From the IMG/VR virus record IMGVR_UViG_2654587570_000002, positions 1-35,662 of that record: 35,662 bases of DNA; one strand, written 5' to 3'. The position numbers and the translations under genes were made by a program. Numbering within the stretch: the first letter of the stretch is position 1; each line of letters opens with the position of its first letter. Shown here one piece after another: positions 7,608 to 17,790 of the stretch. The notes beneath the pieces were generated by a model. It worked only from the letters and a program-made list of their open reading frames with translations, did not search any database and was not told the origin of the DNA. This stretch comes from a virus. Taxonomy: Duplodnaviria > Heunggongvirae > Uroviricota > Caudoviricetes.

Positions 7608-8656
7608 GAAATCGCCCCCAGAACCGCCAGCTCATTTTTCGCAATGGTGATATTGTCCGCCGGTGCAAGCAACTGATGGCTGTATTCCCCGTTCGCACCG
7701 GAAATCGCTTCACTGATACGTGACACCTTCAGTTCTCCCTGCGGATAACCATCACGCAGCAGGAACGAACGCAACTCCGCGGTGATGGCAGCCCGTATTT
7801 CCGGTGTGTCCGGCGTCACACGGATATGAAAATCCACCGTATGTGCCACCGGCCTGAACACATACAAATCAGAGCCTGCCACCGGGGCCAGTGGCCCGAT
7901 ATGTTGTCTTGCCGCCGTTTCCGTTGATTCTTCCGGAATGGGATTAATCAGGTCACTGCTGGCAATCATCACACCGACAGTCCCCGTTCCCATCCAGTGT
8001 CGGTATGTCCATGCGCGGGTAATGCCAGGCACTTCTTTAGCCCAGACGACATAGTCCCCGTCAGCCCCGCCCTGCGGCGTCCAGTAATACCGCTCAATGA
8101 CGCGGGCGCGCCACGTTTCCAGCTCTTCAGTATCAAATCCGCCTGTCAGGGTGTCAGCCACACCGGAAGACGGCAGACCATTCACCGGCGTGACCAGGAT
8201 TAATGCCGTACCGTCGTCAGCGTTACCGACCGCACCTGCACTTGAGCAGGCGATCGGCACGCGCAGGACACCACCGGAGCTGATTGCATCGTCAGTTGTC
8301 GTGTACTGCACCAGGTCATCGCGCTGAATAACACTCCCGGCAGTCACCTTCAGGCCATCGCTGACACCTTCCCAGCGCATATACCCGCTGGCAACCGTGG
8401 CACCCTTGCGCGGACACCGTTTCATCGCAGCATGTCGCGCCAGCCAGGACTCATCGCACAGGTCAGGCAGCATATTCATTGCCAGATAATCGATGTAACC
8501 GTAGACCGTATGCAGCGCCGCCGCATACACCTTTGCCCGCACGTCTTCATCCATGCGCCGGAGCGTGTCGCTGACGTCCAGCCTGGCGAATAAATCGTTA
8601 CGGAGCATACTGATATTTTCTGCCAGCGTCGGGCGCTGAAATTCACTGTCCGCCAT
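7598..8656 (-). CDS. baseplate J-like protein (Mu gp47-like)
   Basis: Size 352 aa, synteny and sequence character of the baseplate J family. Confidence 0.75.
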   Translation of the reverse strand: MADSEFQRPTLAENISMLRNDLFARLDVSDTLRRMDEDVRAKVYAAALHTVYGYIDYLAMNMLPDLCDESWLARHAAMKRCPRKGATVASGYMRWEGVSDGLKVTAGSVIQRDDLVQYTTTDDAISSGGVLRVPIACSSAGAVGNADDGTALILVTPVNGLPSSGVADTLTGGFDTEELETWRARVIERYYWTPQGGADGDYVVWAKEVPGITRAWTYRHWMGTGTVGVMIASSDLINPIPEESTETAARQHIGPLAPVAGSDLYVFRPVAHTVDFHIRVTPDTPEIRAAITAELRSFLLRDGYPQGELKVSRISEAISGANGEYSHQLLAPADNITIAKNELAVLGAISWT

Positions 8657-9071
8657 GCGTTATCGCACTCCACAGATCATCAAAAGAAATCACTACTGGT
8701 CCATCACGACGCCAGAGGGTGATACTGTTACCCAGCTCATTAATCCCGGTGCGGTGGATATCCAGATCAATACGGGACACCACGCCGTCATCAATCATCC
8801 ATTGCAGGCATTCGCGGATATATCCCCTTACCGTCTGCACCAGCTGATTGGTCAGTTTGCTGCGCTGAAGCAGCCACAGTCGGGAGCCGTAACGGTCATT
8901 CTGTACCGCAGGCCAGGTATCCCCCCACCATCCCATCGGGACGTCGGCATTGTCATCAGGCTCCGCCCGCCGCCAGGTGAACAGGGAAATCACCACGGCG
9001 CGGGTCAGCGGATCCAGCGGTGCGCTGGCGCAGGTGCGTTTACCGTTCACCGTCAGCCACAGTTCCATCAT
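8643..9071 (-). CDS. Mu gp46-like baseplate protein
   Basis: 142 aa ORF in conserved position between gp45-like and J-like genes, translationally overlapped. Confidence 0.65.
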   Translation of the reverse strand: MMELWLTVNGKRTCASAPLDPLTRAVVISLFTWRRAEPDDNADVPMGWWGDTWPAVQNDRYGSRLWLLQRSKLTNQLVQTVRGYIRECLQWMIDDGVVSRIDLDIHRTGINELGNSITLWRRDGPVVISFDDLWSAITHGGQ

Positions 9072-9616
9072 GCCTCCATCGCTTTATCAGGTTTGTCGGT
9101 GTTACTGCCCTGACCGTTCTCCCTGTGACGATGCCCGTTATAGGCAAGCCGCATCGCTGACATGGTGGTGCCGCCGGAGTCGCACAGGTCTTTCACCTGT
9201 CCGGTCACTTCCAGATCCATTTCAAAACGTGCTTCAGGTGCATTGCGAAACGTGATCGTTTTCCCTGCACCGTCCACCACGATCCCCTCCCGGGTCAGCG
9301 TCACAGACTGCCCCTGATCGTCATAGACAGCCACCTCACCCGTCTGCAGCCCTTTCAGGCGGTAGCGCCGGTCCGACACCGTAACAACCACCGCATGAGA
9401 ACGGTCGCCATCCGGAAACAACACCACCGCTTCCGCACCGCTGTTTGCCCTTGCGGTAAAACCGTAGGGTTCAAGATGTTCAACCCCGGCTTTGGGTTCA
9501 CCGGCAATCAGGGACACATCCACGGTCTGACATTTCGTGGCGGCACTGATGCTTTTCACCACGGCCCGCCCAATCAGGCCGAGGAGTTGTCGCTGCATGG
9601 CTTCAATCGTCCTCAT
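9068..9616 (-). CDS. baseplate assembly protein V / spike (Mu gp45-like)
   Basis: Size and synteny; N-terminal MRTIEAMQRQLLGLIGRAVV... typical of gpV-like proteins as recalled. Confidence 0.65.
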   Translation of the reverse strand: MRTIEAMQRQLLGLIGRAVVKSISAATKCQTVDVSLIAGEPKAGVEHLEPYGFTARANSGAEAVVLFPDGDRSHAVVVTVSDRRYRLKGLQTGEVAVYDDQGQSVTLTREGIVVDGAGKTITFRNAPEARFEMDLEVTGQVKDLCDSGGTTMSAMRLAYNGHRHRENGQGSNTDKPDKAMEA

Positions 9617-10695
9617 CAGAACGGGTCCTCCTGTACTCTGGCTTTTTTCTTTTTCCGCGCGCCGGGGGCTTCGGGTTCAGGCAGATAAGCATCAGGTGGG
9701 CCGACACGGATTTCCGTCAGGGTGCCGTTCTGGTCCTGAGTAAACGTGACTTCCGAAACAAGCAGTTCAGTATTGTCGAAACCACAGACCGGATCGAAGA
9801 CAATCACCCGCTGGTTGGGCTGCCACAGCGTACCGTTACCCTGTCGCCAGCCCTGCACCACATAGGTGGTTTCATCCGTCCGCGCCGCCCGTTGTCGGGC
9901 TTCAAAGTCAGCACGTGCAATACAGCCTGCCCCCGTAGCCTGCCCTGTCTGCCTGATATACATCGGACGGTAACGGGCAATAAATGCGTCCTCTGTGCGG
10001 GCCCGCAGCGCGGTGGTGGTGGCCTCACCGAAATCATCGTCGTTTCCGGCACGCTGCCCCGCCACCTGGTAAACAGAAAACCGCTCCCGGATACTCTTCT
10101 CCGTATCGCAGGAAAGGATGTTTTCCCCGAGTACCAGCGCAGTATGTGCCCGCGTTGAGCCAATCCCGCCAATCACCAGCCTGCCGTGCGGGTCGTCATA
10201 AGCCAGTGCCTGCTGCTGACCGAGTATTTTGTTGATTACCTCAATCACCGTTTCACCATGATCAGGCTGGACATCAGTAATAACACCCGACGGCGCACCG
10301 TTGTTCACCACCTCAATGCCGAAAGGCGCAGCAAGCGCCTGCGCAATCTGTACCAGCGAGCGTCCGTTAAACTGTGTCGGTTCGGCTGCACAGTCAATCA
10401 GGTCAGCCGTCAGACTACGTCCGGCAATACCGGTGCTGACCGAACGGGCATCGTAACGAACGGGCGTCGCCTCCACCCAGCCGGTGATCACCAGCTCATC
10501 ACCAATCAGCACTTCCACTTTTGAACCGTTTTTAATGCGCGGCTGAAGCGTGGTGATACCCTCATCTCCCGGCCACTGGCGAGTGATCTCCACACTGAAA
10601 TCCCGCGCCAGCCGTTCAATACCGGCACCGATGCGCACCGATGTCCAGCCATTCCACTCCCGGCCATTTACCCGTAGTGTGACATTGTCGTTCAT
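9616..10695 (-). CDS. baseplate hub / late control D family protein (Mu gp44/P-like)
   Basis: 359 aa, synteny after the DNA circulation gene; C-terminal lysine run. Confidence 0.7.
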   Translation of the reverse strand: MNDNVTLRVNGREWNGWTSVRIGAGIERLARDFSVEITRQWPGDEGITTLQPRIKNGSKVEVLIGDELVITGWVEATPVRYDARSVSTGIAGRSLTADLIDCAAEPTQFNGRSLVQIAQALAAPFGIEVVNNGAPSGVITDVQPDHGETVIEVINKILGQQQALAYDDPHGRLVIGGIGSTRAHTALVLGENILSCDTEKSIRERFSVYQVAGQRAGNDDDFGEATTTALRARTEDAFIARYRPMYIRQTGQATGAGCIARADFEARQRAARTDETTYVVQGWRQGNGTLWQPNQRVIVFDPVCGFDNTELLVSEVTFTQDQNGTLTEIRVGPPDAYLPEPEAPGARKKKKARVQEDPF

Positions 10696-12020
10696 TGCAC
10701 TGGCACCTTCAGAGGGATCACCGGCACAAAGCCGGGATGCGTAATGGCATTACGCCGGATAATGTCCGCGTCACGCGCCGCGTTATCAAACCAGGTCGCC
10801 GCCAGCACCAGCGCGGGTAAAACCTCATCCGGTGTGCGCTGAATGATCCGTGCAGACTGTTCAAGGCGCGTGTTGATATCCGCATTCAGATCTGCTTTCA
10901 CCCGGCGCAGCGCCAGAAACAGCGCATCACTGGTTGTACGGGACAACTCCTTATCAATTGCCGTATTCAGTGTGTCGCGAATGTCAGTCAGTTCTTCCCA
11001 CGTCGGCAGGTCAACCGTGTTTTTCACCGCCGGTGCATTGTTCAGTGCCGGATGCGTGACGGAAGGCCAGCCAGTGCTCTGCGCAGGTGTTGTTGCCTGC
11101 TCCACTGCGGCATTCTGCATCACCGCGGAAGTTGTTGGCGCAGGCAATCGGGTGACGGCATACGCCGCTTCGCTGATTGCGGTCGTACGAAGGGTGCTGG
11201 CAACCACGTTACGCTGCTGCGTCGCCGTGGCGGTGGTTTTACTGTCCGTTTTCCAGACGCCGCGCGGTTGCAGATCGCTGCCGAGGCTGACACCGGAAAG
11301 CGTTTTGATCATGGTGACCAGGTCGCTGGCGTTACCATAAAGGCGTTTCCCGGTACGCCACATTTTCTGCACCTGCTCAACGAAATTTTTGCCTGACGAT
11401 GGCGGCGGCAGAAGTACCGAGATATCCCCCTGCAACAGCCTGGCGGCATCCGATACGGCAGAATCCACCACTTTCATCGCATCAGAAACATACCCAAGCA
11501 TTGTGCTGGCATTACCGACGACGTCGTTCTGCACAAAATCTGCCACGCCATCGATACTGAAACCACTGAAACTGTCACTGATGCAGTCATCCAGTGCAGA
11601 ACAGGATGACATCAGCGTCTGCGCCGTCGCCGCACCTGATGTGGGGTAAGAGAGTTCTCCCGCTTCGACAAACTTCAGGTCAAAGCGGACAATACGCCCT
11701 TCACTCTTCGATGTGCTGACCCGAACCTCCCCGTCAACACAGACTTTCAGCTCACCGTATGTCGGATGGACAAGCGTGCCGGGACCGGGTTTATTCAGCG
11801 CGTCAATCAGGCGATCGCGCTGGTCAAAGCAGTCATCTCCCACCACATAAGCCGTGATGGACGGGCGGAAAGTGATTTTCCCCAGGTCTTCGGCATAGGG
11901 TTTGTCGCGGTTCGGGTATTCGTGCGTTTCCACACGACGACCGGTTCCCGCACTTTCTTCTTCAACCTTAAACGGCACACCGCGAAATGACGCGTCCTGA
12001 AGTCTGTCTTTCCACGTCAT
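10692..12020 (-). CDS. DNA circulation protein (Mu gp43/N-like)
   Basis: Synteny after tape measure; start moved to the ATG at 12020 (MTWKDRLQ...) which has a GGAG 7 nt upstream. Confidence 0.7.
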   Translation of the reverse strand: MTWKDRLQDASFRGVPFKVEEESAGTGRRVETHEYPNRDKPYAEDLGKITFRPSITAYVVGDDCFDQRDRLIDALNKPGPGTLVHPTYGELKVCVDGEVRVSTSKSEGRIVRFDLKFVEAGELSYPTSGAATAQTLMSSCSALDDCISDSFSGFSIDGVADFVQNDVVGNASTMLGYVSDAMKVVDSAVSDAARLLQGDISVLLPPPSSGKNFVEQVQKMWRTGKRLYGNASDLVTMIKTLSGVSLGSDLQPRGVWKTDSKTTATATQQRNVVASTLRTTAISEAAYAVTRLPAPTTSAVMQNAAVEQATTPAQSTGWPSVTHPALNNAPAVKNTVDLPTWEELTDIRDTLNTAIDKELSRTTSDALFLALRRVKADLNADINTRLEQSARIIQRTPDEVLPALVLAATWFDNAARDADIIRRNAITHPGFVPVIPLKVPVQ

Positions 12021-12080
12021 ATAAACTCCGTACATAAAAAATCCCACCGGAGTGGGACTCATTAACAGATTAATTTTTCA

Positions 12081-13916
12081 TTACCTGCCAAAGCGCGTAT
12101 AGCCAACATCATGGCTGACATCAAAACCGCTGGATCGCGTTTCCATAACCCGCATACCCGGAGGCGAATTCACAAAAGAGACCTTGATCTCACCATCAAC
12201 TTTTGGCGCAGAAGCTTTGTTAATCATGAAGGGATTCGGGCCTGTGGCATCGGAGGCGTTGTTTGACTGAGCCGGATCTACCGCCGGATAAGGTGTGTAT
12301 CCCCGCGCCGGTATTCCCGTCCCATAAGCATCATAAGCACCCGCGCCCCACTGCGCAGAGTTAATGGCATCGACCGTGTCACCGGAACTGTCGGTAAACC
12401 ACTCAATAATTGGCTTCAGCTTGTCCCACATATTCTGAAACCACTTAACAACCGGTCCCCAGTTATTGATGACCATCCCCAGCGGCGACCAGGCAAAAAC
12501 TTTCTTCAGAAGTTCCCAGCCAGCCTCAAAATAAGGACCAATGGTTTCCCAGAGTTTCTTAAAATAAGGTCCGACAACATCCCAGTTAGTGATAATTAAT
12601 CCCGCAGCCAGGGCTATCGCCGTCGCAATCATGCCAATCGGCGTCATCGACATGATCCTGCTGACAATACTGATGGCACCGCCAACGCCCATCAATCCCA
12701 GTTTCAGAATCGCAAGACCGGCAGCAAGCCCGACGACGCCGCGAATAACCCGGGGATTTTCATCCGCAAACTTCGTGAATTTTTCCCCTAACTCCCCCAG
12801 CCATTGCGTGATATTTTTAGCGTCACCAGAAAATGCGCCGCCAATAGCTGCAAGACCGTTAGTTGCGGTCCCCGTCATTGCCTCCCACAGGTTGGACAGC
12901 GTACCAAGCTGTGCCTGAACACGTTTATTCAGGCTGGCCTGTTTATTCATCTTCTGCTGGATCTGATCGTAGCCATCCTTTCCTTTATCGATTAGTGCAT
13001 TGACCACCTGAAGGGTTTCGGCATCATCACCAAATATTGCCTTAAGTACACCTGTTCGCTTAACGTCGGTCAGTTTTCGCAGCTTTGCCAGTTGCCTGAA
13101 CATGTTATCAAGACCGCCAAAACTTCCTTTGCCGTCAGTAAAATCGAGCTGTACCCCGAGTTTCTGGCGGGCCATGACTTTATTGACGTCCCTGATTTTC
13201 TTAACGCTTAATCCGGACTGGATAACTTTTCGCAGGGCATTACCTGCCGACTCCCCGTTCATCCCCATCTGATCCATCATGACGCTGATGGGGGCAAGGC
13301 TCTGTGCAGCCTGAAGACCGTCCTTGTTCACCATCTTCAGAACAGAGCTGGTTTTAGTGAAGAAGGACAACATGTTGGTATCGTCAACGCCCAGATAAAA
13401 CGCCTTCTGGATAGTGTCGAACAGCCCCATCATGTCTTCTGACGCCGTTCCGGTAGCATCCTGCATCTTTGCGGCAAACTCAGCAGCCGCTTCCGGTGTT
13501 TTTTTCAGTTGTACCGCAAGATAAGCAGTCGCTTTCCCCACACCGCCAAGAATGTTTTCTGCCGGGATCCCCTGACGCACCAGCATCTGCATCATGTTCT
13601 GGAAATCAGCCGTTGTACCGGGTAGCTGGTTACCCAGACCAATAGCCAGTTTATTGATGTCCTGAAAGCTCTTTCCGACCTCACCGTTCGCATCCATCAT
13701 GGCAACTTTCAGCCCGGTGGCGGCGTTTTCCTGATCGGCATAAGATTTCAGGGAAAGCGTCAGACCCGCTGCCAGTCCGCCACCAAGCGCCAGCCCACCC
13801 TGTGACGCTTCTTCCGCCTGGCGTTTAAATCCCCGGATTTTCTTTTGCATTTTCGACAGCGCGGGAGAAAGCCTGTCGACACCGGTGATCAACGCCTTAA
13901 GCTCAAATTCAGCCAT
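12081..13916 (-). CDS. tail tape measure protein
   Basis: 611 aa, Ala/Gly/Gln-rich helical repeats, internal hydrophobic segment, position after the chaperone pair. Confidence 0.8.
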   Translation of the reverse strand: MAEFELKALITGVDRLSPALSKMQKKIRGFKRQAEEASQGGLALGGGLAAGLTLSLKSYADQENAATGLKVAMMDANGEVGKSFQDINKLAIGLGNQLPGTTADFQNMMQMLVRQGIPAENILGGVGKATAYLAVQLKKTPEAAAEFAAKMQDATGTASEDMMGLFDTIQKAFYLGVDDTNMLSFFTKTSSVLKMVNKDGLQAAQSLAPISVMMDQMGMNGESAGNALRKVIQSGLSVKKIRDVNKVMARQKLGVQLDFTDGKGSFGGLDNMFRQLAKLRKLTDVKRTGVLKAIFGDDAETLQVVNALIDKGKDGYDQIQQKMNKQASLNKRVQAQLGTLSNLWEAMTGTATNGLAAIGGAFSGDAKNITQWLGELGEKFTKFADENPRVIRGVVGLAAGLAILKLGLMGVGGAISIVSRIMSMTPIGMIATAIALAAGLIITNWDVVGPYFKKLWETIGPYFEAGWELLKKVFAWSPLGMVINNWGPVVKWFQNMWDKLKPIIEWFTDSSGDTVDAINSAQWGAGAYDAYGTGIPARGYTPYPAVDPAQSNNASDATGPNPFMINKASAPKVDGEIKVSFVNSPPGMRVMETRSSGFDVSHDVGYTRFGR

Positions 13917-14091
13917 GTGTGCGTTTCTCCTGCTCTATCCTGTTTGCCTGACTGACCAGCAAGGGAATTTCACTGATCGGCATATTCAGCAATTCGAAGG
14001 GATTAATGCGCCAGTAGCTGGCGCAGTCAAAGAAGCGATCAGTGAGGTATTCAGCCGTCAGGCCTGGAGGAAAAAACCGGCCACAAGCCAC
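13909..14091 (-). CDS. tail assembly chaperone frameshift extension (T-like part)
   Basis: -1 frame ORF overlapping the 3' end of the chaperone gene and the start of the tape measure gene; slippery T_TTT_TTC at 14070-14076. Confidence 0.5.
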   Translation of the reverse strand: MACGRFFPPGLTAEYLTDRFFDCASYWRINPFELLNMPISEIPLLVSQANRIEQEKRTHG

Positions 14092-14327
14092 GCCGCTGCA
14101 TTCAGGTCTGCCGGAGACATCTGGTCGACAGAGTTTTGCGGCACTTTCGCCAGCCGCACAATGTATTTCGATACCACATGCGCCAGAAGTCTGACGGACT
14201 CATCCTGATTCATCTGGTAGGGATACCCCAGCTCGCGGACATCTTTCCCGGTGGGCTCATCAAACTCCAGTACGGAGAGTGTCTCGCCATGAGCGGTAAT
14301 CGGTTTCTTTAACTCAAGCTCTTTCAT
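14058..14327 (-). CDS. tail assembly chaperone (Mu gp41-like, G-like part)
   Basis: 89 aa ORF between tail tube and tape measure genes, the conserved chaperone position. Confidence 0.65.
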   Translation of the reverse strand: MKELELKKPITAHGETLSVLEFDEPTGKDVRELGYPYQMNQDESVRLLAHVVSKYIVRLAKVPQNSVDQMSPADLNAAAWLVAGFFLQA

Positions 14328-14683
14328 TACTGGTAATCCCCTTCTTCACCGTGGAACTCAAGATCGACCGTGCCTTCTTCGGCATTATGGTTCGCTTCGC
14401 CGTGCAGCCAGGCAGACGACAGTACATAGACCTGACCGTTCGCCAGCTCGGCAGTGATGGTCATCTCATCAGACGAGGTGATTTTGCTCACCGGAAAATT
14501 CTTCGGCACCTTGAAGGTCCCTTTGACATAAGGCGCACGGTGAGTTTCCTTGCGGTCCACTGAACCGTCCAGGCCGATGATGTCATCATTGACCGTCCTG
14601 TTCATGGGCACCTCAATGCCGCCGGTCAGCGATAGCTGCTGACCGTCAATTTTGAAATAACAGGTTCCCCCGATACGGGCCAT
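14327..14683 (-). CDS. contractile tail tube protein (Mu gp40-like)
   Basis: 118 aa ORF immediately after the sheath gene with ATGA-type overlap. Confidence 0.7.
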   Translation of the reverse strand: MARIGGTCYFKIDGQQLSLTGGIEVPMNRTVNDDIIGLDGSVDRKETHRAPYVKGTFKVPKNFPVSKITSSDEMTITAELANGQVYVLSSAWLHGEANHNAEEGTVDLEFHGEEGDYQ

Positions 14684-16179
14684 TATGCAGACTCCTCTGA
14701 ATACTGAAGACGGAACTGATTAACCACGGCAAAGACACGCAGCTGGTTAACATAGTCAGGCGGGAACAGCGTGTTCAGGCGGTTCGGATCGCTGGCATCA
14801 CGCTCCACAACCAGGTACTGCTTAAACAGTTCGTAGTTTTCCACGATCCCCGCACGCTCAAGCTGACGGTAGGTTGCCAGCAGTTCCCCTTTGATCACCG
14901 CCGGGGTGACAATCGCCTGACCGGGACCAAAGCGGGTACCGTCACTGGCAAGCTTGTGACGCCCGTACTTACTGGTAATGACGGATTTCAGTTTGCGCAG
15001 TACATACGCGCTGGTATGCAGCGTCTCACTGTCGAGGTAACTGTTATCCGCAACCCCGTAAGCGTTTTTCCTGTACGTGGTGACATCACGCTGAATGCGT
15101 AGTACCCCGTTTTCGACATACGCCGTTGCCACGCCATGAGACAGCAGGGTCTGTTGTTCGGTCATCGTGAACCGTTTCCCCTTCGGCGCAGGCAGCATAC
15201 CCACCAGCTCACCGGTCTGCGTGGGACGTGCCGGATCGTTGCGGATAAACACCGCTGCGCGGGCGGTACGGCTTGCCGCCAGCTCGTCGGCAGGCGTCTG
15301 GGTCTCTTTTTCGTACCCCGCTAGGGTAATGTGCTGCTGGTTAAACTGGTCACCTGCGGTCACCAGTTCTGACAGCGTGCCGATCTTTGCCGTATACACA
15401 TGACCATACAGCTGACGCGCATAGCTCCAGCGACCGCTGGTATCGTTCATCTCGGTCACCAGCGTGTTAACGGAGGCCGTGTCGTTGAACGGCAGGCCGA
15501 TATAATCAAACGGCTCATCCGCCATTGCAGCCACCGCGCCGGTGAGAACAGGAGAGCCCGTTCCGGCGGTCCCCGTCGCCACGGCAATCTGTACGCCCGC
15601 AGGCAGCACTTCGCCCCCACCAAAGCCGTAGTAATTGAGGCTGACAGGAATTTCATTCCCGCAAAGCCCCTTATGACGCGCGGTCAGTGTGACCACGCCA
15701 GCCGAAGATGAGGCCGTAAACGGCAGGGCCGGAACGGCATTGATGGCATCCTGGATACTGCTGGCAATCGTCGTGACGTTATCGCCGTTAGTCACCGGTG
15801 CCTGCACGCGGGTACGTCCCACATAAACATTCACCGTGCCGGTTTCGGTTGCCGCCCCGGTCACCGTCAGCGTAACTGTTGCCGCCGCGCCCGTGGATTC
15901 AGGAACGGCAATTACATACAGTTCACCAAACGGGTCGGTCTGGCGATAAGCCTCGACCATACGCGCCAGCTGACTTCCCGCACCACAAATCTGGCGTGCA
16001 TAGTCTGCCGACGGCATCAGCACCAGACTGTTGGCAACAATCTCTGCACCGTTATTGGCATGACCAATCAGCAGCGATGCTCCGCTGTCCTGTGCAGTAT
16101 TCGCCGCCTGGTTATCCATTTCCGCATAAAACAGCGGAACCAGCGTATTCGACGGAATGGTGTTAAAGCTTATCGTCAT
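14683..16179 (-). CDS. contractile tail sheath protein (Mu gp39/L-like)
   Basis: 498 aa, Thr/Gly/Ala-rich beta-rich sequence typical of sheath proteins; synteny. Confidence 0.85.
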   Translation of the reverse strand: MTISFNTIPSNTLVPLFYAEMDNQAANTAQDSGASLLIGHANNGAEIVANSLVLMPSADYARQICGAGSQLARMVEAYRQTDPFGELYVIAVPESTGAAATVTLTVTGAATETGTVNVYVGRTRVQAPVTNGDNVTTIASSIQDAINAVPALPFTASSSAGVVTLTARHKGLCGNEIPVSLNYYGFGGGEVLPAGVQIAVATGTAGTGSPVLTGAVAAMADEPFDYIGLPFNDTASVNTLVTEMNDTSGRWSYARQLYGHVYTAKIGTLSELVTAGDQFNQQHITLAGYEKETQTPADELAASRTARAAVFIRNDPARPTQTGELVGMLPAPKGKRFTMTEQQTLLSHGVATAYVENGVLRIQRDVTTYRKNAYGVADNSYLDSETLHTSAYVLRKLKSVITSKYGRHKLASDGTRFGPGQAIVTPAVIKGELLATYRQLERAGIVENYELFKQYLVVERDASDPNRLNTLFPPDYVNQLRVFAVVNQFRLQYSEESA

Positions 16180-16333
16180 CGGTGTTCACCTTTTTATTCA
16201 CGCGCCGGATATCACCCGCTGCTTCACGGCGCAGCCAGTAGTTATTCTCGTCAACATTTCGCCCTTCGGCGGGCAAAAGGTCACCGCGGGCAGGGTCAGG
16301 CACTGACCGCCCTTTAACAGGTTTCACAAACAT
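16163..16333 (-). CDS. small hypothetical protein (56 aa), not in the supplied ORF track
   Basis: ATG at 16333, stop overlaps the sheath start codon; fills the only gap in the tail operon. Confidence 0.3.
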   Translation of the reverse strand: MFVKPVKGRSVPDPARGDLLPAEGRNVDENNYWLRREAAGDIRRVNKKVNTDDDKL

Positions 16334-16341
16334 GAAGATTC

Positions 16342-16902
16342 TCAGGAAGGAAGGGTTATTTCGGTGTGATGTTCGATATCGCCGTCAGGCCCGTTACCGG
16401 GATCGAGATAATCAACATCAATCGCCAGCGTTCGCAGTTCATCCAGACTGTTCAGGTCATCCTGCTGGCGGGTATCGTCTTCAGTCAGCTCGCTGATGAT
16501 CGAAAAATCGAACTGATAAATCAGCTCATGACGATTCAGATCCAGCAGCGTGCCGCCGTCATAGTTAATCGGATTACCGCACGCTTCCGGGTTCCAGCCC
16601 AGCAGGGCCTTAAAGAGCATCTGCCGGACATCGTCCACCACATCATACGAAGCAAACTGACCGCGCTCATCACGCCCGTTACTCAGTATGACAACCACGG
16701 AGAAGCCCTCTTTCAGCTCCTGCCAGTAGTCGGTCTGGCTTTTGTTTTCTCCCGGAGAATCATCCCCCGGTACCACATACGCCGCCGGGAGTCTCAGCTT
16801 TCCGACCTCCGGCAGATTTTTGAACTGTGCCGCGCCTGCAACCCGGTTTTCAAAATACGGACAGCGGGCACGCAGTGCAGCAATAACAGGCGTCAGTTTC
16901 AT
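16342..16902 (-). CDS. Mu-like virion/tail protein (DUF1834-like?)
   Basis: 186 aa acidic protein in the neck/tail-terminator position; family assignment tentative. Confidence 0.45.
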   Translation of the reverse strand: MKLTPVIAALRARCPYFENRVAGAAQFKNLPEVGKLRLPAAYVVPGDDSPGENKSQTDYWQELKEGFSVVVILSNGRDERGQFASYDVVDDVRQMLFKALLGWNPEACGNPINYDGGTLLDLNRHELIYQFDFSIISELTEDDTRQQDDLNSLDELRTLAIDVDYLDPGNGPDGDIEHHTEITLPS

Positions 16903-17405
16903 CTGTGTCGTCGCTCCGGCTTCAGTGATTTACGCAATTCCCGCGCCAGAAAATAGCGTGTCCAGCTGTGGTTCTTTTCAAGCGTTTCCACCATGAAGTT
17001 ATTACGTGGAGCCAGTCGCCAGCCTCTGCCACCGGATGCACCACGATGATGGCTGCGACGACGCTTTGCCCCTCTCTTCACGCCATAGAACAAAAAAGCC
17101 GGATAAAAATCACCGGTGATGCGGCGGTTTCCCTCACCATTACGCTGGTTAGGGGCTATACGTGCCATAAAACCAGGGCGATGTTTACTGGCTCTGGGTA
17201 CCATGTAACCAATCGAACGAGCCAGGCGTCCGGTCTGATAACCGGGGTTTTCACCCGGTGCCGACCGCGCACGGCGCATCACCAGCCGACGGGCATCACG
17301 CATATGACGCTGACCAATCGTGACAAACGCCCGCCGGACACGGGCGCGGTTAAAGCGCATCTCCGCGGGCTGCTGAAAATCAACGTGCAAAAAGGAAGTC
17401 GTCAT
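16899..17405 (-). CDS. tail completion / virion morphogenesis protein (HK97 gp10-like?)
   Basis: 168 aa Arg-rich protein in the neck module position. Confidence 0.45.
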   Translation of the reverse strand: MTTSFLHVDFQQPAEMRFNRARVRRAFVTIGQRHMRDARRLVMRRARSAPGENPGYQTGRLARSIGYMVPRASKHRPGFMARIAPNQRNGEGNRRITGDFYPAFLFYGVKRGAKRRRSHHRGASGGRGWRLAPRNNFMVETLEKNHSWTRYFLARELRKSLKPERRHR

Positions 17406-17790
17406 TGTTGCCTCCGTGACTCTGCCTACATTCGCCCAGCTCCGTACACTCCAGCAGCAGAAAGCGCCGCGCCCCGTTCAGATCGCGCTGACGTTTCACC
17501 CGGTACACACTGTCACCGCAGACCACCTCATAATCAGCGGTGATCCCCCGGCGGTAACGAATGGTGATGTAATGGGTGATGGCGTCCCCGGTCTGCGCGG
17601 TTTCCTGCCAGGTGGTGGCACTGGTCTGGATAACCTTCGCCCATGTCCGGAACGTAACCGGGTATTGAGGCTCCACGCCAAAGTTATCCGCGGGCATATC
17701 CACCCGCAGGCGGATCAGGACGCGTTTATTCAGTTCACCGGGGTCCGGCAGAATGTAGGTTGCGCTGGTCTGCGCCTGACGAATTTTCAT
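17380..17790 (-). CDS. head closure / head-tail adaptor protein
   Basis: C-terminal ...ITIRYRRGITADYEVVCGDSVYRVKRQRDLNGARRFLLLECTEL fits the head-closure family pattern. Confidence 0.55.
   Translation of the reverse strand: MKIRQAQTSATYILPDPGELNKRVLIRLRVDMPADNFGVEPQYPVTFRTWAKVIQTSATTWQETAQTGDAITHYITIRYRRGITADYEVVCGDSVYRVKRQRDLNGARRFLLLECTELGECRQSHGGNNDDFLFAR

Noticed and set aside
10843-11649. Plus-strand ORFs (10843-11340, 11052-11396, 11389-11649) opposite the DNA circulation gene
   Set aside because: They overlap a well-supported minus-strand gene and have low-complexity Arg/Ala/Ser-rich translations typical of shadow ORFs in GC-rich antisense frames.
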